Source: an uncultured Chloroflexia bacterium
GTDB lineage: Bacteria; Chloroflexota; Limnocylindria; Limnocylindrales; CSP1-4
Direction: 5' to 3'
Assembly: GCA_963746845.1 (NCBI GenBank)
Contig: CAVVCZ010000004.1
Location: forward strand, 1,024,001 to 1,088,000
DNA length: 64,000 nt
This document shows positions 1 through 9,438 of this stretch, in pieces. Under the pieces are notes generated by a model, which was given only the letters and a program-made list of their open reading frames with translations, ran no database searches and had not been told where the DNA came from. Within the stretch, counting starts at the first letter, position 1; each line of letters begins with the position of its first letter. The translations under genes and the position numbers were made by a program.

Positions 1-1084
1 AGTTCCGCTCCAGCTTGACGACCGTCGCGTCCGGGTAGTCGCGCTCGAAGTCGAGGATGTTCCGGATGTCCGCGCCACGCCAGCGGTAGATCGACTGGTC
101 GTCGTCACCGACGACCGCGAGGTTCCGGTGCTTCGCCGCCAGGGCGCGGATCCACAGGTACTGCGGGCGGTTCGTGTCCTGGTACTCGTCGACATGGAGG
201 TAGCGCCAGCGATCCTGGTAGCGCTCGAGGACCGCGGGTGCGGCCGCGAACAGCTCGACCGCCTCGAGCAGGAGGTCGTCGAAGTCGAGCGCGCCGACCT
301 TCCGGAGCCGCTCCTCGTAGCGGACCGCGAGGCGCGCGATCGTCCGCTCGCGATGGTTGACGGCGTTGTCCCGGAGGAACGCGGCATCGAGCATCTCGTT
401 CTTCGCCCGGCTGATCGCACCGAGGACGGCGCTCGGCCGGAACTCGCCGGTCAGCGGCAGGTCCTCCTCCCGGAGGAGCTGCTTCATCAGGCTCCCCTGG
501 TCCTCGGTGTCGTAGACCACGAACCGCCGGTCGATCCCGATCGCCTCGCCGTCGCGCCGGAGGACGCGCGCGCAGAGCGAGTGGAAGGTCCCCGCCTGGA
601 CGTCGCGACCCGGCTCGCCGACGAGGCTGATGATCCGCTCCCGGAGCTCGCCGGCCGCCCGGTTCGTGAACGTCACCGCGAGGATCTGCCACGGCCGGAC
701 GCCCTTCACGCCGACGAGGTAGGCGACACGGTGGGCGAGCACGCGCGTCTTGCCGGACCCCGCCCCCGCGAGGATCAGCAATGGCCCCTCGGTCGTGGTG
801 ACGGCACGGGCCTGCTCCGGGTTCAGGGCGCGGACGATCTCCTCGATCCGGCGCTGGCGCGTGGCCGCGCTCGCCTGGGTCGCGGCGGCGTCACGGGCCG
901 CGCGCTCCTCGGGCGTGAGACGGTCCCACGGCGCCTCGATCGGTCCGGGTGCATCGACGAGCCAGGCCGGCTCCGCGGGGGCGGTCGGGGGATCCGTGTC
1001 GGCCTCGCCGACGCTCGTCCCGACCGGTTCCGCGACCTCATCGGGCACGGGGCCATCGGGTGCGCGTCGGGTGGTGGGGCTCAC
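1..1084 (-). CDS. pcrA: UvrD/PcrA family DNA helicase, 5' part (runs off the left edge)
   Basis: Manual translation: LNPEQARAVTTTEGPLLILAGAGSGKTRVL (Walker A), AVTFTNRAA, YLHVDEYQDTN, VVGDDDQSIYRWRGA. GTG start at 1084 with TACAAT 6 nt upstream. Not in the ORF track because it is open at the edge. Confidence 0.95.
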   Translation of the reverse strand, partial: MSPTTRRAPDGPVPDEVAEPVGTSVGEADTDPPTAPAEPAWLVDAPGPIEAPWDRLTPEERAARDAAATQASAATRQRRIEEIVRALNPEQARAVTTTEGPLLILAGAGSGKTRVLAHRVAYLVGVKGVRPWQILAVTFTNRAAGELRERIISLVGEPGRDVQAGTFHSLCARVLRRDGEAIGIDRRFVVYDTEDQGSLMKQLLREEDLPLTGEFRPSAVLGAISRAKNEMLDAAFLRDNAVNHRERTIARLAVRYEERLRKVGALDFDDLLLEAVELFAAAPAVLERYQDRWRYLHVDEYQDTNRPQYLWIRALAAKHRNLAVVGDDDQSIYRWRGADIRNILDFERDYPDATVVKLERN

Positions 1085-1190
1085 CCGACCATTGTAGGTC
1101 GGGGCCCTTCGCCGGGGCCCATCGGCCGGCGGAATCGAGAGGCCCGGATCGTCGATCCGGGCCCCGCGGGTTCGATGGCGAGTCGCGGAG

Positions 1191-1970
1191 CTACTGGCTC
1201 ACGACCTGGTCGGCGGGTGGCGCCTCGACGGACACCGCCACGTCGTACTTGATGTCGATCGTGGCTCCGAACGTGCCCATGTCGACCGTCGCGACGCTCA
1301 GGGCGATCTTCGCCGGGCGATAGTCGCTCTTGCGGCTCCAGACGTCGAGCTTGATGTCGCCGTTGACCGAGCTCGTGGGATCGAGCGCCTTCATGTCCGC
1401 GGCGGTCACGGTGATCGTCACGTGGTAGCAGTCCTGGTCGCCGCACTTCTCGTCGGGCTGCTTGACCGGTGCCGAGGGCAGCTTGTCGAGCGCGTCCTGG
1501 ATCTGCTTGGCGGCCGCCTGCGGGTCCGTGACGTCTCCGGCCGGGCTGGTCGACGCGTCGGGCACCTCGACCTTGGTCCACTTGTCCGCGGACGCGTTCA
1601 GCGCCATGGCGAGCGGTCCCGCGATCTTGTAGTAGGCCGTCTGGTCGATGAGCAGGGCATCGATCTTCGTGCCCATCAGGCTCGGCGCGTCGAGGCTGAC
1701 CTTGGCCTTCTTGTTCGGGATGTCCATGGCGCCGTTGAGCGTCATCGTGGACAGGTCGATCGTGCCGAGCTGGTCGGCCTTGACGGAGCCCGTGAAGGAG
1801 CCGGTGAACTCGAACGTCTTGACGTCCTTGAGCGACGTCACGGACTTCGTGAGGATGTCCTTGGGATCGGTGAGGGCCGGGGCGGCGGGCGTGGAGGAGC
1901 ACGCGGCCATGACGACCGCGAGGGTCGCGATCAGCGCGAAGAGCGAGGCAAGAGCCGGACGACGGGACAC
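1191..1970 (-). CDS. LppX/LprAFG-like lipoprotein
   Basis: GTG start after AGGAGG; signal peptide with lipobox VMAA-C; beta-rich body resembling LppX/LolA-type folds. Confidence 0.65.
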   Translation of the reverse strand: MSRRPALASLFALIATLAVVMAACSSTPAAPALTDPKDILTKSVTSLKDVKTFEFTGSFTGSVKADQLGTIDLSTMTLNGAMDIPNKKAKVSLDAPSLMGTKIDALLIDQTAYYKIAGPLAMALNASADKWTKVEVPDASTSPAGDVTDPQAAAKQIQDALDKLPSAPVKQPDEKCGDQDCYHVTITVTAADMKALDPTSSVNGDIKLDVWSRKSDYRPAKIALSVATVDMGTFGATIDIKYDVAVSVEAPPADQVVSQ

Positions 1971-2227
1971 GAAGACCCTCCTGGGTGGGTTGACCGGGCA
2001 AGCGTCACCTCGGGCCCGCCACCCTGTCAAACGGCCGAATGTCCCATCCGGTCCTGCCACACAGCCCGTTTGCGAGCCGGCCGATCTGATTCGAATTCGC
2101 TCGGCCGGGATCCGCGTTGCGGATGGATCCCGCGCGACCCGCGAGTGATCGGCCGCGGTGATGCTTCCGATCGAGAGCGACGGAGGCGAGACACAGTCGA
2201 GGTGCGGATCGGGCCTGGGTCGGCGCC

Positions 2228-3037
2228 TCAGGCGCGGCGTCGCCCGCGCTGCGTCCGGGCCAGGGCCAGGACCGCGCCCGCCACGGCCGAGGCAATCAGG
2301 AACACCCCGCCGGCCAGTCCGTCGGACCCGCTTCCTCGATCCGGGACGACGTCGGCATCGGTCGGGGGGATCGTCACCGTGACCGTCGCGGCCGGGGCCT
2401 GCGTCGGGGTCGGCGTGGGCGCGGCCGGGATCGAGACCGTGAAGCCGACCTCATCGAGGAAGTTGCCGACCGAGTCGTCGCCGGATCCCGTGCTCACGGC
2501 GCGGAAGGCGAACCGGGTGCAGGTCTGTCCGGCCGGGACGACATAGTCCCCACCGTGGGAACCCCAGGCGGTCGTGTCGTCCGAGAGGTTCGGCGAGATG
2601 GAATCCCAGCCGGTCGCTCCGGTGACGTCCGCCGCGTTGGCGTCGCCGATCAACACCTGCATGACGTCGGTGCCCTGGCGAGCCCGGTGGAGGAGGGTCC
2701 AGCTCATCGTGGCTCCGGGCGTCGTGACGACATCCTGGTAGAGCGTGCCCGCGATGTTCGCGTTGATCTCGGCGAACGCGTTGCCCTGGCCCGCCGGGAC
2801 CCCGTTGAAGCCGGTTCCCCAGATCTCGATCGCCGTGTCGGTCGTCTGCCAGGGCGGCACCGAGGCGACGGGGAACAGCGTGAAGGTGTCCGCCGCGACG
2901 GGTGGCGACTCGAAGCCGCCGTTCCCGAGGGCCGTGGTCGAGCCGTCGCACACCGCCGCGAGTGCCGGGGCGGCGCCGCCGAGGCTCGCGAGCAGCATCG
3001 CCGACGTGGACACGATGAGCAGGATCACGCGTCGCAT
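2228..3037 (-). CDS. Secreted protein with CBM/DUF642-like beta domain, PT linker and C-terminal IPPTD-TM-basic tail
   Basis: Signal peptide ending ALA-A; NGGFESP motif; PTPTPT linker; VTIPPTD followed by a hydrophobic helix and RTQRGRRRA. Confidence 0.75.
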   Translation of the reverse strand: MRRVILLIVSTSAMLLASLGGAAPALAAVCDGSTTALGNGGFESPPVAADTFTLFPVASVPPWQTTDTAIEIWGTGFNGVPAGQGNAFAEINANIAGTLYQDVVTTPGATMSWTLLHRARQGTDVMQVLIGDANAADVTGATGWDSISPNLSDDTTAWGSHGGDYVVPAGQTCTRFAFRAVSTGSGDDSVGNFLDEVGFTVSIPAAPTPTPTQAPAATVTVTIPPTDADVVPDRGSGSDGLAGGVFLIASAVAGAVLALARTQRGRRRA

Positions 3038-3148
3038 GAAGATCATCCTCCCGACGGCTCCCGAGTTATGCCCGCGAGCCCGGACCATCCTGACACGGCG
3101 CGCCTGGGCCCGCGGCCGGAACCCGCAGACGGGAACGCGTCGGGCAGA

Positions 3149-3182
3149 CGAAGGCCCCTCCCGTCGCCGGGAGGGGCCTTCG
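3149..3182 (-). terminator. 15-bp perfect hairpin downstream of groEL, probable terminator
   Basis: CGAAGGCCCCTCCCG-tcgc-CGGGAGGGGCCTTCG; weak U-tract. Confidence 0.7.
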
Positions 3183-3205
3183 AGCGCTTGTGTGGATGAC
3201 CGGAC

Positions 3206-5201
<1,996 letters not shown>

Positions 5202-5408
5202 CGTGCATTCCTCCTGGGACGACGACACGACGCCGGCGTCGCTGCTCGAGTGGATGGGGCTTTGTCGGGCGTGCCGACCGTTCCCCGGACGTTCTGGTGA
5301 GTGCCGCGGAGGGCCAGGCACCGGGGCCGCGGGCGGGCCGTCTCGTGGGTCCCGGGGCCGCAGCCTCGGGTGGACGGGCGCCCCCTCCTTGGTCTCGGCG
5401 GGCCGCGC

Positions 5409-5435
5409 TTAGCACTCTCGATGTGAGAGTGCTAA
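5409..5435. promoter_or_regulatory. CIRCE element (HrcA operator)
   Basis: Exact TTAGCACTC-N9-GAGTGCTAA upstream of groES. Confidence 0.97.
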
Positions 5436-5436
5436 C

Positions 5437-5466
5437 ACTGTAGCCGCGGGGAGACTCCCGTGTCAA
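5437..5466 (-). promoter_or_regulatory. Sigma-70-type promoter of groESL
   Basis: TTGACA (5466-5461), 18 nt spacer, TACAGT (5442-5437), directly upstream of CIRCE. Confidence 0.8.
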
Positions 5467-5531
5467 CCCGGACGGCGCGTCTTCCGGCCGTTCCGTGCCC
5501 GTGGCCCGTGGCGCCGAGTCACCGGCTGGAC

Positions 5532-6332
5532 TCAGGAGCCGTCCGCCGGACGCGGGAACGTCCGGTCGTACGTCTCGACCAGCGTGTCGCCGAACGTGTC
5601 CGGGTCGTCGCCGCGGCGCTCCGCGACCCACGCTGCGGCCACGCGCACCCACTCCGGGGCATTCCGGCCGCGCGGGCCGCCCGGCGGCGAGAGGAACGGC
5701 GAGTCCGTCTCGACCAGGAGCCGACTGGCCGGCGCCATGCGCACGACGTCAGCGGTCGTCTCCTCACCGCGACGGAAGGCCAGGCCGGAGATCGAGATCA
5801 CTGCGCCGAGCTCGAGCATCGCCTCCGCGTAGTCGACCGGGCCGCTGAACGAGTGGACGACCGCGCGTGGCGGCGTCGCCCCGAACGCGCGCAGCTCGGC
5901 GAGCAGGGCGTCCTGTGCCTCCCGCTCCCCTGCCCTCGAGCGGCAGTGGAGGATCACGGGCTTGCCGGTCTCGCCCGCCAAGGCCAGGTTCCGCCGCAGG
6001 TTGGCGAGCTGGGCCAGGACCGGCGAGAACACGCGGTCGTAGTCGAGGCCGGTCTCGCCGATCGCGAGCACGCGCGGGTCGTGGGCTGACGCCGCGATCA
6101 CGCTCCATTCCTCGTCGGTGACCTTCGCCGCGTCGTGGGGATGGACGCCGACCGCCGCGTCGAGCCAAGGCACGCGGGCCGCGAGCCGAAGCGCGGCCTC
6201 GCACGACCAGGCGTTCCAGCCCGGGACGAGAATCCGCTCGACACCCGCCTCACGCGCCGAGGCGATCACCTCGTCGAGGTCGGCGTCGAAGCGGTCGGCC
6301 TGGAGATGGCAGTGGCTGTCGATCAGACGCAT
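5532..6332 (-). CDS. tatD: TatD family DNase
   Basis: LIDSHCHL, GVHPH, IGETGLDY, LHCR, HSFSG, LVETDSP. Confidence 0.96.
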   Translation of the reverse strand: MRLIDSHCHLQADRFDADLDEVIASAREAGVERILVPGWNAWSCEAALRLAARVPWLDAAVGVHPHDAAKVTDEEWSVIAASAHDPRVLAIGETGLDYDRVFSPVLAQLANLRRNLALAGETGKPVILHCRSRAGEREAQDALLAELRAFGATPPRAVVHSFSGPVDYAEAMLELGAVISISGLAFRRGEETTADVVRMAPASRLLVETDSPFLSPPGGPRGRNAPEWVRVAAAWVAERRGDDPDTFGDTLVETYDRTFPRPADGS

Positions 6333-6392
6333 CGGCCGATTGTCGCCCCAGATCAGGCGATCGGACGGCGCGAACCGGCCGCTAGCGGAGAC

Positions 6393-6533
6393 TGACGCGC
6401 CGGATGCGTCAAACGACCGCTGAGCGCCCGGCGCGGACGCGGGAGCGCCCGTTCGGGCGCCGTTTCGTGCGTCCGACGTGTCGACCGTCGCCTGAGGGCT
6501 TCCCCGGCTGTCGGTTGACGCGCGTAGCGCATG
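6393..6533. repeat. Intergenic element with imperfect ~24-bp inverted ends (REP/MITE-like)
   Basis: Left GACGCGCCGGATGCGTCAAACGAC versus right GTCGGTTGACGCGCGTAGCGCATG; a related copy lies at 21346-21370. Confidence 0.4.
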
Positions 6534-6582
6534 GCGCGCGTGGCGCTGCGCGCGGCCGAGGCGCCGGCGCCGGGCGAGGCGT

Positions 6583-6942
6583 TCAGCCGGGGGCGCCCTG
6601 GTACAGCCCGACCTCGGAGCCTTCCGGATCGATCACGACGGCGAACCAGCCCATGCCGGGGATCTCCGACTTCGGCTCCTTGATCGTGCCGCCCGTCCGC
6701 TCGGCGGCGGCCAACGCATCCTCGATCGAGTCGACCGTGATGTAGTCACGGACGACCTGGCCCGTCGTCTCCCCGCGCTTGCCGATGCCGCCGCCGTAGC
6801 CCTCGCCGGTCCGGAAGACCCAGTAATCGGGCATGCCGTCCATCGCCGAGAACTCCCAGCCGGCGACGGCCGTGTAGAAGCGCATCGCCCGCCCAGGGTC
6901 GTCTGCGGGGAATTCGATGTGGTTGATCTCGCCGTGGGCCAT
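6583..6942 (-). CDS. VOC/glyoxalase family protein
   Basis: GEINHIEF, YITVDSIE, IPGMGWFAVVIDPEG. Confidence 0.9.
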   Translation of the reverse strand: MAHGEINHIEFPADDPGRAMRFYTAVAGWEFSAMDGMPDYWVFRTGEGYGGGIGKRGETTGQVVRDYITVDSIEDALAAAERTGGTIKEPKSEIPGMGWFAVVIDPEGSEVGLYQGAPG

Positions 6943-6978
6943 GGCTCGTTCCTCCAGAGCGTTCGCGGGTGGTTCCCG

Positions 6979-8619
6979 TCAGTCTGGCGCGACTTCCGTT
7001 TCGAGGCGCGGGAAGAGCGGTTCGGCCGCGCCGAGCCTTCCGGACTCCCCGGCATGGGCGCCCCAGTGCAGCTCTTCGAGGAGCGGCGGACCGCCGTTGC
7101 CGTCCGGCCCGTATGGCCAGGAATACCCGAGCTGGGCGAGCACGCGCGGGCTCGTCGTCGGCAGGAATGGGGCGACGACCAGACCGATGATCCGGCAGAT
7201 CTCGATCAGCTCACCGAGAACGACCTTCAACCTGTCCTCGGCCGACTGATCGCCGCCCGTTGCAGCCTTCGCGAGTTCCCACGGCTTCTCCAGGTCGACC
7301 ATCTGGTTGGCGGCGCTGACCATTCGCCAGACCGCGGCCAGCGCCTCATGCAGCAGGCACCCGTCGATCGCTTCGCGCACCGCCGGCACGTTGTGCGCCG
7401 TGCTGACCAGCAGGGAGCCACCCTGACCCGGTTCCGGCCGCTCGCCGTCCAGGTAGCGGTTCGCCATCGAGACCGTCCGGTTGACGAGGTTGCCGAAGTC
7501 GTTCGCGAGGTCGGCGTTGTAGCGGCGGACGAAGCCGTCCCATGACACCTCGGCGTCCTTGTCGAATGGAACCTCCCGGAGCGCGACGTAGCGCGCGCCA
7601 TCGGTGCCGAACGCGGCCACGAAGTCCCCGGGGTCGAGGAAGTTGCCGCGGCTCTTGCTCATCCGCTCGCCACCGGACGCGAGCAGCCAGCCATGGGCCC
7701 AGACCTTGCGCGGCGCCTCGAGCCCGGCGCTCCAGAGCATCGCCGGCCAGAAGATCGTGTGGAATCGGAGGATGTCCTTGCCGATCACGTGGAGATCCGC
7801 CGGCCAGTACCGGGCGAACGCCTCGGGATCCGCATCGAAGCCGGCGCCGGTCACGTAGTTGATCAGCGCATCGAACCAGACGTAGATCGTGCCTGCCTCA
7901 GGGTCCCACGACCCGTCCTCGCGCCGGGCGGTCTCGCCGTTCTCGGCGATCGGGAACGGGATCCCCCACCCCGCGCCGGCCCGGCTGATCGAGAAGTCCT
8001 CGAGGCCCTGCCGGATGAAGCCGAGCATCTCGTTCCGGCGGTAGTCCGGCTGGACGAACTCCGGGTGCTCGACGAAGTGCCGCTCGAGTCGCTCCTGGTA
8101 CGCGGACAGTCGGAAGAACCAGTTCTGCTCCTTCAGCCACTGGAGCGGAACGTCCGGGTGGTTCGGGCAGATCGTGCCGCGCGCGGTCTCCACGACGTCG
8201 GTCGCGTTCCGGAAGCCCTCGTTCGGGCAGTACCAGCCCTCGTACGTCCCGAGATAGATGTCACCGTTGGCGTATGCCCGCCGCACGAGCTCCTGGGCCG
8301 TCCGGACGTGGTCCGGGTCGGTCGTGCGGATGAACCGATCCGGGGCGATCCCGAGGAGGTCCTCGGCCGTCTTGAACAGGGCGACCTTGTCGTCGACGAA
8401 CGTCCGCGGGTCGATGCCTTCCTCCGCGGCGCGCATCGCGATGTTCACGGAGTGCTCGTCGGTCCCGGTCAGGAAGCGGGTGTCGTCGCCCAGCATCCGG
8501 TGCCAGCGGGCGATCGCGTCGGCACCGATGACCTCGTACAGGGTATGGACGCCCGGCTGACTGTTCGCGTAGGCGATCGCGGTCGTCAGGTAGAAGCGCG
8601 GGCGTGGGTCGTCGGCCAT
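6979..8619 (-). CDS. metG: Methionine--tRNA ligase (short form, degenerate HIGH motif)
   Basis: FYLTTAIAYAN, FLTGTDEH, FIRTTD, YVWFDALINY, IGKDILRFH, RMSKSRGN, LANDFGNLVNR. Confidence 0.93.
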   Translation of the reverse strand: MADDPRPRFYLTTAIAYANSQPGVHTLYEVIGADAIARWHRMLGDDTRFLTGTDEHSVNIAMRAAEEGIDPRTFVDDKVALFKTAEDLLGIAPDRFIRTTDPDHVRTAQELVRRAYANGDIYLGTYEGWYCPNEGFRNATDVVETARGTICPNHPDVPLQWLKEQNWFFRLSAYQERLERHFVEHPEFVQPDYRRNEMLGFIRQGLEDFSISRAGAGWGIPFPIAENGETARREDGSWDPEAGTIYVWFDALINYVTGAGFDADPEAFARYWPADLHVIGKDILRFHTIFWPAMLWSAGLEAPRKVWAHGWLLASGGERMSKSRGNFLDPGDFVAAFGTDGARYVALREVPFDKDAEVSWDGFVRRYNADLANDFGNLVNRTVSMANRYLDGERPEPGQGGSLLVSTAHNVPAVREAIDGCLLHEALAAVWRMVSAANQMVDLEKPWELAKAATGGDQSAEDRLKVVLGELIEICRIIGLVVAPFLPTTSPRVLAQLGYSWPYGPDGNGGPPLLEELHWGAHAGESGRLGAAEPLFPRLETEVAPD

Positions 8620-8809
8620 GGGATTCCTCGGGAGCAGACAGTCTGTGGACGGTGGCGGCATGCAGGGCGCGCCACGAAGTTCGGCGGCCGACGCTCGGCC
8701 GACAGGCGCTGGGTCAGGCCTGTCGCGAGCGGGGCCGCCGGGGCATCGCCATCAGGCTCCCGAGCCGGTCCACGGGCCGATCATGGCGGAGCCGTGGACG
8801 ATGGGTCAA
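8620..8809 (-). promoter_or_regulatory. metG promoter and structured 5' leader (candidate cis-regulatory RNA)
   Basis: TTGACC-N18-CATGAT, then nested helices and a 9-bp anti-Shine-Dalgarno pairing (see findings). Confidence 0.5.
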
Positions 8810-8818
8810 GCGCTGTAC

Positions 8819-9295
8819 CTACTTCAGCGCGTCGCGAAGGCTCTGCTCCTCCTCCTCGTCGAGGGTCGTCTGGATGACCGTGCCCTGGTGCGGACGCATC
8901 GCGGCGATCAGGAGGCCGGGGCTGCCGCCCTTCGTCAGGAGGAAGATCGCCGAGCCACCCGGCGCGAGCCCTTCCTCGACCTGCTTCACGAACGAATTGT
9001 CGATGCCGGGCTTCGCGGCACGGCCGATCAGGCCCCCGATCACCGCCCCGCCGACGATCGCACCGACCGGGAACACGACGAAGAGGAGGCTGCCGATCAG
9101 GGCACCCGCCAGGGCACCCGTCTCCGTGCCGCTCGCCATCTCGTTCTTGACGTGGACCTTGCCGTCGGCGTCCTTGGTCACGACGGCCGTGTCCTCGAGG
9201 CCGATCTGGCCCTCCTTCTCGAGCGATCGGATCGATGCGAGGGCCGCGGTCGCCGCGTCCTCGGTGGTGAAGGTGATGGCGACGAAGTCCGACAC
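8819..9295 (-). CDS. DUF1269 family membrane protein
   Basis: LEDTAVVTKDADGKVHV, glycine-zipper TM segment, GIDNSFVKQV, GTVIQTTL; GTG start after GGAGG. Confidence 0.85.
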   Translation of the reverse strand: MSDFVAITFTTEDAATAALASIRSLEKEGQIGLEDTAVVTKDADGKVHVKNEMASGTETGALAGALIGSLLFVVFPVGAIVGGAVIGGLIGRAAKPGIDNSFVKQVEEGLAPGGSAIFLLTKGGSPGLLIAAMRPHQGTVIQTTLDEEEEQSLRDALK

Positions 9296-9438
9296 GAGGG
9301 TCCTCCACAACGGTGCTGTCGACGTCCGGAGCGAGGATGCGCCGACGATGGCGTGCCGACCACCGTGCGCGCCCCCGACGCGCCTGCGAGGAACCCGCTA
9401 CCGCGAGACGTTCATTGCCCGACCGGGTGGAAGAGCGA

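Noticed and set aside
8640-8700. T-box riboswitch upstream of metG
   Set aside because: Only a weak AAC..GTGG resemblance; no GGTGGNACCGCG box or clear specifier stem. Reported instead as an unknown leader.
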